This document shows positions 33,285-46,623 of a DNA stretch of 64,000 bases, in pieces (position 1 is the first letter of the stretch; each line of letters opens with the position of its first letter). Position numbers and translations under genes: made by a program. The notes below the pieces were generated by a model. It ran no database searches. It saw only the letters and a program-made list of their open reading frames with translations, and was not told the DNA's origin. The stretch spans positions 96,929,604 through 96,993,603 of the forward strand of contig NC_092383.1 in NCBI RefSeq assembly GCF_030028105.1, written 5' to 3'. This DNA is from Mobula birostris. Taxonomy: Eukaryota.

Positions 33285-36200
33285 ATGTAGCCTCCCCGGC
33301 CACCCTCAGGGTTGCTCAGCTTGCCATGGCCTAGGGAAACATCCCTCGGCCCCACAAACTTAGTTTGTGTGGATGCTGTGTGATGTACCCCACCCCACCC
33401 AAATAACAGACAATACACCAGATACGATTAAATGATTTACAGTTTATAGATATTACTGGAACTACATAATTAATAGAGAATAAAATATAAAAGGAAAATA
33501 AAAGGTGCCACACTTATCAAAGTTCAATCTCTTCGTGCACAAACAGTTGGAGCTCAGGACCCTTCTTCTTCACCCTGAGACCCGTCGGACCACCTCGACC
33601 GGCCGCCTGGGACCAACAATAGTGGTCGAACAGACGCTCCACATGAGTCCATCTCCGTCTCCTTTCCTCGCGGAACGCCCTCCTCGGGGTACGACCCCGT
33701 TAGCGGACTCACAGCACCTGGTCCATCCTCTGTCTCTCTCTCTCCTGCCTTCTCCCCCCAAAACCCTGTGCATACAATCTCTTACAGACACCCCACAGGC
33801 ATAACAATTAACCCAATTGGTTCATTTGTCCTCCTATCAGTAGATAATCCAAAACAAACTGCCAGCACAAGAACTTTCTCAGCGTTTAACATAACAAAGA
33901 AGCATTCCCAAGTATAACATAACAAAGAAGCCATTTTAATAAGCCCCTACAGTAACAAAAAAGACGAAACCCCCTTACATGTATGTGTTTTCTCTCTCAC
34001 TCCAGAGACAGCTGGACTCCAGCACCATTTTCTGTTTCACAGCCTCAACCACTTCCTGCCACCATGTTACAACTTTGCAAGACTTTCACCAAGGTCACAC
34101 ACTTCTTGTGTCGCTGAAACCCTTCATTCGTATTCTCTGCCTTGTCGATTAAACTGTTGTGTTTCGATTTCAGTGGCTCTGTTTCATCTGACTGACCTGT
34201 GCCAGCCTCTCACTGGATCTGGCACAAGGCCACAAACAGTATTAATTTATTGCTCTTGCCCCATGTCACTTCCTTTGTTCAACCCAGTTCATCCAAATAC
34301 GCAGCTCAGTCTTCGTCAGGTCGCACAGGCTGCTTCTTTGATAAGCCTGTCAGTCTGACGAAATCAAAATGAGTTTTTTATTTGGAAATGTTCTCTTATT
34401 TATCAGATTGTCGAACCCACTGCATCTACTTTTTGCTGCTCTGATCAAACTGTCCCCGGGGAGGAGCCAGCTCACAAAATGGTGGCCGCAGAGAACACAC
34501 ATAAAATGGCAGCCTCCATTCCTTCCACTACAAAGAATATATTTGTTTTTACTGTTTCCCCTGTCCCTGGCTCATTCAGTGTTCTACAGTTTTTTAATAC
34601 CTTCATGACTGACAATCCACAGGGTGAGGATTTAATCCCTTGGGTTGTTGTATGAAAGCTTCAGACTTCAGGGAGATGAGATTGTTTGGTCAGGTGTGCA
34701 GAGAAAGAGTCAAATGGAGAATAAAATGCAGTTTGTGTTGGATCAGGGTAAATGGACGTTCCTCTATTCGGAGGCTGTGTCCTCTGGTCCTACACCCCTT
34801 CACCATAAGAAGCATTTTCTTATGTCCTCTGTCGCGGTCTTTCAACATTCGATAGGTTTCAATGAAATTTCCACTCATTCTTCCAAATTTCAGTGAGTAC
34901 AGGCCCAGAGCCATCAAATGCTCCTCATATGCTCCACAACATGAAATCCTTGAAAGTGAGTCCATAGGTTGTGGAATCAATTCAGAGTGGCGGTGTGTGA
35001 AGTTATCCACGCTGGTTCAGGAGTCTGATGTGTAACTGTTCCTGAACCTGGTGGTGTGGAACCTGAGGTCCGTACCTCCTTTCTGACAGCAGCAATGAAA
35101 GGAGATTATGGACTGGATGGTCGGGGTCCTTGATGATGCACGTTGCTTTCTTGTCGCAGTGCTCCTTGTAGATCTGCTCAGTGGTGGGGAGGGTTTTTCT
35201 TGTGATGGACTGGGCCATATCCACCACTTTATGTTGGCTTTTCTATTCTTTTGGTCAGGACTGCGGTGATGAGATAAAAGATCAGTCATAGTCTCATTGA
35301 TTGTGGAGCAGGAACAAGGGGCCAAAAATCCTCCTGATTTTATTGTTCTTATTTGGTGTGAGGTGAAATACTGACATCAGTCAGTCTGCTTGTGACGTCG
35401 AGCGCTGTGGCTTTCTGCTTGTGATCACACCTCTGTATTTCACCTTTTGCACAACACCTACTTTCTTGTCAACTGCTCTTCACAACGTACTGACTAGGGG
35501 ATGAAGCTTTGTGCAGCCCACCAACATCTATACTGCTCTGTGAGAACAATGAACACCAGGCATCTGCTGATCTCCTGCTGGCTAACTCTCTGTGCCTCAC
35601 TCTGTAAGTTTGATTCAGAGCAAGCCTTTGTCTTTAACATCCTTCTCTCCAGGTTCGCTGTTACTTTCTCGACTCAGGCATTTCTGGGTCCCACACTACC
35701 AGGGCACGGAGAGTGTAGGTTGGGCACAGTGAAGCTGCCTCTCCTGTCACACCCTCATAAAACACCAGTTTGACATGGAGAGCAAGAAATGTTTGGTTAC
35801 TGGTGGGTATTGGGACAGAGGATTGGCTTTTTCTGTAGCCATAGAACCATCCTGCTTCTAATTCTGGAAACGGAGCTTGAGAAACAGGTATCAGTTGTTC
35901 ACAGGATTGGGAAGGATTGGCAGGGATGTGGAATTGAGTACATGTGACCCAGGACCCCTCAGAACCCAGGAACTGGGATCTGGTCTGGAGATGTTTCATG
36001 GGAAAAGATCCTGATGGGAAATCGCTGTAGAAATGGTGGATGGTGGGGGCAGGAAGTGGTGGAGGGGCACTGGAATGGAGAAAAAGAATGGAAATTGTTA
36101 ACAGTCATCTTCGTTTTTGGTCCCAAGTGCTGGTTTTCACTCTCTCTCGGCAGACAGACTGTCGATCTGTCAATAACTCAAATCACAAAATTGGACATAC

Positions 36201-37162
36201 AAGCAGTGAGAGAGAATGATAAAGAAAATCCTGATATCATTGCCAGAAACGGTTGTTAACCTGCAGAATGAGTCGTAAGCCTGAGGATTGCGATTGATAA
36301 TGAACACAGCAAAGGGTCACAGATATATCGTTGAAGAAAGTGAAAATGGAAAGTTGAAGGATATTAAGGACAGACTGTGAGAGCCGGAATCAGGACATGA
36401 AACAAACACAGCAGCAGGTACAACTGTAGTTCCCTTACAGACAGACGTGGGTCTCTGTTATGGGGAATGAAGGAACAGTAGAGGAAATAACCATGGCTTT
36501 TTGTGTGTCTTTGTGGAACACACAAAAACCTGCCAGAAATACAGGATAGACAAGTGTTGAATGCTAGTGTAGAAATAAAATCAATCAGCGTCAATGATGA
36601 AATAACATCATGAAAATGGATAATTGACACAGGCCTGATGATCTCCATCCCGGAGTCTGTGACAAAGTGTCAGTAGAGTTACTCAACTTCCTGGTTATCA
36701 TCTGGCAAACTCTACAGTTTCAGGAATGGTTCCTACAGACTGTTTCAAAAAGGAGGGAGAGAGAGAAAACTGGGAACCACACATCTCCCCAGCTGACACT
36801 GGGAGCGGGGACAATGTTGGAATCTGTGATAATGGGTGAGAAATGGAAGCTGAAGGGGAATTATCACAAAGATTCACCAGACTGGTTTCTGATGTGGTGG
36901 GTCTGTCATGTCACTAGTGTGGGTAATAGACTGGGTCTCTATTCAAGAAGTTCAAAATAAGTTTTATTATTAGAGTACGTATATGTCATCACATACAACC
37001 CTGAGATTCTTTCTCTGCGGGCATACTGAGCAAATCTATAGAACATGAACTGTAAACAGGATCAATAGACAACGAACTGTGAAAATGCAAATATAAATAA
37101 ATATCAATAAATAACCTATTCTTGAAGCTGGTGGTGTAGGTCCTGAGGCTCTTGTACCTTCT

Positions 37163-40026
37163 TTTTTTTACAATATATCAATAATAATAAAAAAACAAAA
37201 TGTTAAAGCTTCTTTTTATGGAAAAAAGAAAAAAAGAAAGAAAGAACCCCTACTCACTGGAACAGAAAAAGACCCCTAATAACAAAAAAAAGGGGAGAAA
37301 AAAAACCATTTGGAGCACAAATATGGAATTATACGTCACACAAGTTTTCATAAAATAAAGACATCAATCCGCCAAACAATTCCATATACCCACGCATCAG
37401 AAAAGGACCATCTTTATTAACTCAAATCAAATGATAATAACAGGCAAAAGAACCCCACCTTTTATCAAAGTCAAATTTAGGATCAAAAGTTCGACTTCTA
37501 ATTTTTTCCAAACTAAGACATAACATCACCTGAGAGATCCATTGTATCAAAGTGGGAGCAGAGGCATCTTTCCATTTTAATAAAATAGCCCTTCTGGCCA
37601 ATAATGTGACAAATGCAATTAGGTGTTGGTCTGATATAGAAATACCGTGCATATGTTGAGGAATTATACCAAACAAAACTGTCAATTTATTAGGTTGTAA
37701 ATTGATTTTTAAAGCTTTAGAAATTGTAGAAAAAATAGATTTCCAGAATTGTTTCAATACAGAACACGACCAGAACTTATGTGTTAATGTAGCTATCTCA
37801 GTTTTGCATCTATCATACTGACTATTTACATTAGGAAATATTTTAGACAATCTCTCCTTTGTCAAATAATAACGATGTACAATTTTAAATTGAATTAGAA
37901 AATGACTGGCACAAATCGAAGAAGAGTTAACTAGGTTCAAAATTCACAACCAATCCTCTGTTATCAAGGTCATGTTAAACTCTCTTTCCCAATCTTGCTT
38001 AATCTCAAGTAAAGGATAGTTATCCTGTTGTAATAGTAAATTATAAATTTTCCCAATAAAACCTTTCACGAAAGGGTTCCTTTTTAAAATAATGTCTAAC
38101 AGGTCAGAGTCTTGTATATATGGAGAATTACTTAAATATTCTTGTAAGAAATGTCTGACCTGAAGATATTGCAAAAAATGTGAATATGAGAGAGAGTATT
38201 TAGTCACTAATTTCTCAAAGGGCATCAATCGGCCTTCTTGAAACAGGTCCATAAAGGAAAAAATTCCTTTATTCCTCCAAAGAGAAAAGGTAGGACCACG
38301 AAGTGAAGGTTTAAATAAATAGTTCTGAAAAATTAAACTAAAAAGGTTAAATTTTTTAAGATTAAAAAACTTACAAAACTGGTACCAGATTCGTAATGAT
38401 TGATTAATCATAGGATTTATATTTAGAATAGAAACTTTCACTAATTGTACAGGTAAAGGAGCTCCTAATAACGAAGTTAAATGAAATTGTTTCATAGTTT
38501 TCAATTCCAGATCAACCCAAGATGGTCGTTCCTTTTTATCGGTCCAATATAACCAAGAACATGCATAACATATATTAACCGTCCAATAATACATTCTTAA
38601 ATTAGGCGAAGTAAGACCTCCATCCTTTTTTAATTTTTGTAAATAACATTTTCCAATTCTTGGTCTTTTATTATTCCAAACAAAAGACGAAATAATAGAT
38701 TCAACCTGATCAAAACACTTAGTTAGAAAAATTGGAATATTTTGAAATACATACAAAAATTTTGGTAAAATCATCATTTTAACTGCATGAATTCGACCTG
38801 CTAACGAAAGTGTAAGTGGATTCAATCTAGAAAAAAATTGCTTCATAAAATCCACTAAGGGAACTAAATTAGCTCTATAAAGGTCTCCATAATTTTTAGT
38901 GATGATAATACCTAAATATTTAAAAGAATCCATAACTTTTAGAGGAATGTCATCATATATAGAAGAGGAATCATTTATAGGAAATGATTCACTTTTATGC
39001 AGGTTTAATTTATATCCTGAAAACAATCCAAGTTCATTGAATATTTTCAATAAACTAGGAATAGATTCTTCGGGATTCGAAACATAAACCAAAAGATCAT
39101 CCGCATAAAGAGAGATCTTATGAATAGTGTCATTTATAGAAATTTCTTGAATATTTTTAGGTTCACGATGTGCAATAGCCAAAGGTTCCAACATCAAATT
39201 AAATAACACAGGGCTTAACGGACATCCTTGTCTCGTACCCTGGGAAGGTTGGAAAAAGGGGGATCTACAATTATTAGTGATAACAGTGGCAATAGGGCTT
39301 TTATATATCAATCTAATCCATTTATTAAAATTAGTACCAAAGCTAAATTTCTCTAAAACTTTAAATAGATATTTCCATTCAACTCTATCAAATGCCCTTT
39401 CAGCATCTAGAGAAACAACACACTGGGGAGTCTTAGAGAGGGATGATTATATAATATTTAAAAATCTCCGAGTGTTAGAAAAAGAATAACGGCCTTTTAT
39501 AAAACCTGTTTGATCCTGAGAAATAATTTTAGCTAGTATATTCTCCATCTGATTAGCCATTATTTTTGAAAGAATTTTGGCATCCACATTTAATAATGAA
39601 ATAGGTCTGTATGAAGCACAATCAGTGGGGTCTTTATCTTTCTTACGAATTAAAGAAATAGAAGCCTCATAAAATGTGCAAGGTAACTCTCCAAGCAGAA
39701 AAGAATCTTTAAACATTTCCAACATATAAGGAGTAAGCAAATCTTCAAATTTTTTATAAAATCCTACAGTAAAACCATCCAATCCAGGAGCTTTACTAGA
39801 TTGCACTGAAAGAATAGCTTTCTGAATTTCTCTTTCAGTTTTAGGAGCATCAAGAATTTCCTGATCTTCAACAGATATTCTAGGAAAATCAGTCTTTTAT
39901 AAAAAGGCATACATATTACAAGGGTCAGCTGGAAACCGAGATTTATAGAGCTCACTGTAATGAAAAATTTTATTAATATTTATTAATTTATTAATTTAAT
40001 TATTTATAAATTAATTTAATTTTTAT
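37163..40026 (-). mobile_element. L1-clade LINE, 5'-truncated ORF2 with frameshifts
   Basis: KAPGLDGF, YRPISLLNVDAKI, GTRQGCPLSP, YADDLL and C-terminal C..HKFWSC. It has an A-rich 3' end and an 11-bp TSD ttgtaccttct at 37152-37162 and 40027-40037. The empty site is at about 2055-2065 in copy 1. Confidence 0.92.
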
Positions 40027-41929
40027 TTGTACCTTCTACCTGATGATAGCAGTGAGAAAAGAACATGGCCTGGGTGGTGAGGATCTTTGATTATGGCAAT
40101 GTTTCATGTAGAAGCTTTCAGTGGCTGGGAAGGTTTTATCCATGACGTACTGGAACGAATTCACTACATTTTGTAGAAGTTTCCGTTCAAATACATGGTG
40201 TTCCCATACCAGGCCACTATGAAGCCAGCCGGCATACTGTGGTAAATCACTGGGATTCTCCGGTGATCCGGAAATTCTTCTTTCATTGATAGATTTCTAG
40301 ATATTAAGGAGATCAAGGAAAATGGCAAGAAAATGTTTTAGTCAGGAACAGTTGAATATGTTGTGTGGTTCAATAGTGGCACGTCCGCTTCCTGCTCCTG
40401 CTCGTCATGTTGACACGAGCTCAGCAAAGTGTTTGTGAACCCGGATCACACAATGGAACAACAGAGAAGAGAGTGTGAGTGTTTGCATGTGAGTGTGTCT
40501 GCATCTCTGTGTCTGTGTGTGTGCACGTGTGCACATTTGTGTGTGCGTCTGTACGTGTGTGAGTGTGTACATGTGTGTAAGCATGCGCAATTGTCTGTGT
40601 GTGTCTGTTTCTGCGTATCAGTTTGTGTGTCTGGGTGTGTGCGAGAGAGAGAAAGAACATGTACCATACAATGGGAAATTTGAGTAAGGTGTCTGTGTCA
40701 GAACTATGGGTTGTTTTTAAAGAAGAAAGGGATTTTATCAGTTTGTATGTGGATTGTATTTTCTCAGTGTCACCTCATGGGAATGTAGTGTTCCTTCGAT
40801 TGTGAATTTTTCGTGTCTAATGGTTTGTCTTTGAACAAAGTGGGTTTTCAATTTGTGTTCAGTGTCTCATTTGGGGTCACGGGGATTGTTAATCTCTCTT
40901 TGCATTGATCACTTTTATTCAATTTGGGTTGACGTGCTTTCTTGGTCACTGTGTGAGTTGGAGAGACCAGGAGACTATGCTGTTGATAAGGATGTCTGCT
41001 TTGAATCTGCCAACCATCTCTACAGTAGCTGTTTTGATCAGGACAGGGTTGTCTACACACACGCACTTCCTTGGGTCAACAACTAGATCTTCTGTCTTGA
41101 TTATGTTGAGGTCTATGTTGTTGTGACACCATGACAAAAGCATCATGATCACTTTCCTGCAGAGTGAACTCACACATATGATCTTCAGTAGTTTGTTTAG
41201 ATTTAGACAAATTCAGTTTGTACTCTTCCTGGTTATCGAGACCCCTCTCCCCTTCCTTGTTGCTCCTCTTCAACCTTCCAGATTTCCCAGCATTGGGGTC
41301 CTCCTCCCAACACAGTTTTATTGAATTTAAACTCAGTCTACCTCCCTCGTGATTGGATTCAGTGGAATTCTGATCACAGTCTGTCCCAGTGGACCTGTGC
41401 TCTCCTTCTCCAGTACTAATGACAGTGTCAAAGGAACTGAAAGCCACACCAGGCTCTGAGTCACTCCTCCCTGATCCCATTAATCGCGTTATGATGTGTT
41501 TGTGGGTGGGTAATAATACAAAGATTAAGACGTTTGTGGAGAAGAAGAAAAAACTATAGGGAAAGCGGGTGTTGGGGTGTCTCTGACAGAGTGCCATGGG
41601 GATAAGCTGGCTACAAGATTATCTGGTCAATGGGTGACTGGGAGCAGTTGGAACAGGGAGAACATGGACAAAAGGAGATTGACGACAATGTATAGATGTG
41701 AACTATTCAACAGGAAGCCTGGTCTGGTAGGTCAGGCTAGACACCATCTCCACTACCACATCCAGCTAGATTCTCTTACACCCTTCTTAAGCCAATCACC
41801 CCTGGTGGGGCACAGGCTGCTGACAGCAGCTCACTAGACACCTCTATCCATCTAAACAGGGAATTCTGACCCTCTCGCACAACAGAAACTGTAGCATTGG
41901 ACTGTTCACCCTCTTTGCTCCAAGGTCAT

Positions 41930-42011
41930 ATGAGGAGTGGCAGAGTCCTCACAGACAGACTCTAACTGGGACTCCACCCTCACCACCTGACACTGGAGGT
42001 CCAGGCAACAG
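41930..42011 (+). pseudogene. Candidate (defective) leader exon of receptor B
   Basis: ATG..CAGGCAACAG|gtgaga is phase 1 and would join the V exon in frame (..LTLEVQAT-A-GTGAPP). However, it contains an in-frame TAA and a poorly hydrophobic core (MRSGRVLTDRL*LGLHPHHLTLEVQAT). The homologous segment is missing in unit A. Confidence 0.3.
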
Positions 42012-42267
42012 GTGAGAGTCGGACAGTGCAGAGTGTACAGGAGCAGCCGGTGCAAGGAACCCCCTGGGGACGGGAGGTGCATCCTGTGGGACATTTCCCA
42101 GAGACGGCTCAAGTTGTGCTGAACCAGCTCTGGAGGAGAGGTTGGGGGACCCAGATCCAGGGACAATTCCGGCTGAGTGGTGGTCACCTTGAGTTCGATC
42201 AGTCGACCTCCTGACACCTGCACACACACAGTGAGGGTATCGCAGTATCTCACCCCAAACTTCCTAG

Positions 42268-45200
42268 TGTGAGGAGACCCTGAAGTACCCCTATGAACTG
42301 TGCTTTTGAAAAGAGAGAGAGAGAGAGTTATTTACCATCGATAGCTTGTTTGTAAAAGAGAGAGAGACAAAGACTAACTGTGGGACTGTCACTTTAAGGA
42401 ACGAGAAAGAACTGGTTAACTGTTGGATTTTTGCTGGAGTTAGACTCAGCACCAAGCAGCTCGTAAGTTGCTATGGTGACCGAAGGCGGTGTTATTTAAT
42501 GGACACACGATGTTATGATTTTTGGCAGGTTGTTGATACTTCTTCTAGGACTTTTTGCCTGCTTGCATTTCTTCACAGAGAGAGGAAGGAGGAGTTATTT
42601 GAGTGACAATTGATGCTCAGCACGAGAAGATAAATAGGAGGTCAGATGACACAGACCTCTGACGCATGTTTGGACACTGAATGAGCATTGTTGTGCCTGC
42701 AGAAAAAGTGGGTGTTGGAGGATCGATCAGGCGGATCGATCCATCGCTGTTGCAGTGAAAAAAGGAAAGGGGTTGACTGGTGGGGAGTTGTCCATGTGTC
42801 CACCCTGGCCTGGGGGATAGCTCCACCACAGAAAATCGGTCCCCTTTGTTAAAGTCACAGTCAGTGACTTTGAAAGAATTTCGAAGGACAACGAAAAGAT
42901 CGATGGCGTCAGCTCACCTGAAGATTCAAATCTCTCCCTCTCTCTCTCTCTCTCTCTCCATCACTATTCAAATCAATACCACGAACTGAACTGAACTGAC
43001 TTTACTCATCATCATAAGACTGTATTTTTACCGCTAGACTTAAAGAAGCTTGGTTTTTCATACATATATTTCCACACTTACTGATTCCGTACATATATAT
43101 ATAATCATTGCTAACCTGTTTGATCTATTTACATTTATATTACTGTATTGCATAGTTACTAATAAATATTATTGGTTCATAGCAATACTTGACTCTAAAG
43201 TGTTTTCCATCTCTGTTTGGTTCTTTATTCCCATCACGGGGTTCGTGACATGAATTGGGGCCTTCATCCGCGATATGAACAAATTGTTCAGGAGGCTGGT
43301 ATGAACTGATTGAGGGAAAATCCCTTTTGATTTGGTTGTGTGGAAATACAGCAGAAATGGATGTTAGTGTTGAGGAGTTTATGTTGGAACCAACCCCAGA
43401 AGCGTTGGATGATGCTACGAGGGTTGTGCTGTTGGGAATTGCTCAAAAGTTAAAACTAAAGGTGACCACTATAATGAGGAAAGCTCAGATGCAGATGATA
43501 ATAGCCCAGCATTATATAGATAAGGGAACGTTTGATGAGGAGGCGTTAGAGTTGTTCATGGAAGGTGAATCTGCTGAGGATGAGCTTCAGCTTCAGTTGG
43601 AAAAGTTAAGAATGGAGCATGAATTGAAATTAAAACAGTTCAAGAAAGAAGCTAAAGAGGCAGCAAGACACAGAGAAGAGGCAGGAAGACAGAGACAGCT
43701 CAAAAGGGAGAAATGCCAATGTGAAGATCACGTGGCAGGAAGACAGAGACAGTTTAAAAAGGAGAGGTGGCAGCAAAGAGGTTTAGTGTCGGACACTGAT
43801 GATTTTTACAGCTTGGAAGGGCTTGTTTTGTGTGATGAATTGAAAAGTTGTGTTGCTGATGAGGTAAGGATACCCAGATGCAGAGGATGCCGCTACCTTG
43901 CGGGGGTTTGATAAGAAAACAGACAAAGTTGTTTTAACCCACGAGGTTGAGTTTATTCCAGAAAAGAGTTTGCCAGAGAATAGCTGTGAGGCTCGGGGTG
44001 ACCTTGAATTTGAAACTGGGACAAGTGATGACAGCCCAGAAGAGGCAGCTGTTCCGATTGACTGTGTTCAGGTTGTGGAAGTACCTGTGAGTTCACAGGA
44101 TTCTGAACCTTGTGTTAAAGCTCAGTTAAAGTCTGAAGTGTTGAACAAGGAATTAGAAACAAGAAAGAACAAGGAAAGATAATGGATTATTGTATTGATA
44201 GAGTGGGGAAGGCTAAATACCTTATTAAGATTGACCTGTTAAAAGGATGCTGGGGTGTTCCTTTAACAGAGAGGGCTAAAGAGATATCAGCATTTGTGAC
44301 ACCGTCTAGACTGTATGAGTACAATGTCTTACACTTCGAGATGAAAAATGCAGCCGGGACATTTCAAAGAATGATCAATTCTGTGATTGGAGAGTTAGAG
44401 AGCACAGGGGTTTATATCAAAGATTTGGTGGTCTGGAATGTCACATGGGAAGAGCATATTGCAGTGGTAGAAAAACTGTTTGACAGACTTTCCAAGGCCA
44501 ATCTTACTGTGAACCTCGCTAAAAGTGAGTTTGGCTATGACACAGTTACATATCTGGGTTATGTGATGGGCCAAGGCCAACTGGCTTCTGTACAGGCCAA
44601 TGTTCAAGCTATTGCTGAAGTTCCTGTTCTGACTGGCAAGAAAACTTTGAGAAGGATTTTAGGAATGGTTGGGTATTACTGTAAGTGTTGTAAGAACTTT
44701 GCTGACATCGATCTCCCCCTAACAAAACTCCTGGGGAAATGTGAAAGATTTGTATGGAATGACCTTTGCCAGGAAGCATTTGAACATCTGGAAACCATTC
44801 TGTGTTATAATCCTGTGCTCAAAGCACCTGATTTTTTCAAAGCCATTTTCTATAGCAACAGGCGTTCGTGACAAAGCTGCTGGGGCAGTACTGTTACAGG
44901 AAGGAGTTAATGACATTGAACATCCAGTAGCTTATTTCTCAAAGAAATTTAATGTATACCAGAAAAAATATTCAACTGTTGAAAAGGAATTACTAGCACT
45001 TATTCTGGCTTTACAACATTTTGAGGCCTATGATCAGAGACCTCAAAATCTTTCTGTTGCCCAGAGACCACTTGTGGTTTACATGGGTTATAACCCTTTG
45101 ATGTTTCTAACTGAGATGAAGGATAAGAATAGAAGATTGTTAAATTGGAGTCTGATATTGCAGTAATGTGACTTAAAAATCAAACATGTGAAAGGTATTG

Positions 45201-46354
45201 ACAATATTATAGCTGATTAGTTATCCAGATATTAAGTTGGAAATTGAACACATTTTTGCTCAGTTATCTGATGATTTTACCTGTATTGTTTCAAACTCTG
45301 TAATTTACGTCTGGACAAAAAAAAATAGTCTTCATCAATTGGTTTTCCTCTGAGGAAGGGGAGTGTGAGGGGACCCTGAAGTAACCCTATGAACTGTGCT
45401 TTTGAAAAGAGAGAGAGAGAGAGAGTTATTTACCACCGATAGCTTGTTTGTAAAAGAGAGAGAGAGACAAAGACTCTCTGTGGGACTGTCACTTTAAGGA
45501 ACGAGAAAGAACTGGTTAACTGTTGGATTTCTGCTGGAGTTGGAGACAGCACCAAGCAGCTCATAAATTGCTATAGTGACCGAAGGCAGTGTTATTTAAT
45601 GAACCCTCGACGTTATGATTTTTGGCAGGTTGTTGATACTTCTTCAAGGACTTTTTGCCTGCTTGCATTTCTTCACAGAGAGAGGAAGGAGGAGTTATTT
45701 GAGTGACAATTGATGCTCAGCACAATAACATAAATAGGAGGTCAGATGATACAGACCTCAGACACATGTTTGGACACTGAATGAGCATTGTTGTGCCTGC
45801 AGAAAAAGTGGGTGTTGGAGGATCGATCAGGCGGATCGATCCATCGCTCTTGCAGTGAAAAGAGGAAAGGGGTTGACTGGTGGGGAGTTGTCCATGTGTC
45901 CACCCTGGCCTGGGGCATAGCTCCACCACAGAAAACCGGTCCCCTTTGTTAAAGTCACAGTCGGTGACCTTTAAAGGATTTCAAAGGACAACAAGAAGAT
46001 CGACGGCGTCAGCTCACCTGAAGATTCAAGTCTTTCCCTCTCTCTCTCTTCTCCATCACTACTCAAATCAATACCACGAACTGAACTGAACTGAATTTTA
46101 CTCATCATCGTAAGACTGTATCTTCTTGCCCCTAGACCTAAAGAAGCTTGGTTTTTCATACATATATTTCCACACATACTGATACTTACATATATATATA
46201 TATAGAAAATCATTGCTAACCTGTTTGATTTATTTACATTTATATTACTGTATTGCATAGTTACTAATAAATATTATTAGTTTATAGTAATACTTGACTC
46301 CAAAGTTCTTTCCATCTCTGCTGGCTCTTTATTCCCGTCACAGGGTTCGTGACA
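42268..46354 (+). mobile_element. Internally deleted Gypsy LTR element (probably Gmr1-like), upstream intron of gene B
   Basis: LTRs 42268-43250 and 45364-46354 (TG..CA), 4-bp TSD ctag, degenerate Pro-type PBS at about 43256-43274 and PPT gaggaaggggag. It retains gag, RT (KIDLLKG.W.VPL) and RNase H remnants. The empty site is in unit A near 12838. Confidence 0.92.
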
Positions 46355-46623
46355 CTAGAAAAATATCTGTGACCACCCCACCCAACCACCTGACCATTGA
46401 TATCTGGCTGCAGGCTACAACTTCATTTCTGAGGGCCGGGTACAGAGAGTCTTGAGTCCTGATGAAGGGTCTCTGCATGAAACAACACTGACTTTGTGCT
46501 ACCTGTCTCACAGGGCTAGGAACAACATGATGGGCCGCTTGGCTTCCTCTTTGGCTTTCCCAGGTCTGATTCCTCTTCCTATCACTGACCTCACCTACGG
46601 ACTGTCTTGTCTTGTCTCCTCAG

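Larger units (their letters stand above)
27034..33979 (-). mobile_element. Non-autonomous Gypsy LTR retrotransposon carrying myosin heavy-chain sequence, split by a CR1
   Basis: 5' LTR 33286-33979 (TGTAAG...CTACA), truncated 3' LTR 27034-27564 and tRNA-Pro-like PBS. It has a degenerate protease (AILDPRAQV), an RT part (WFNVLDLRSG..QIP; MPKGL..LVYVDD) and a pol C-terminal tail (RRVKKLPDRLAY). Confidence 0.88.
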
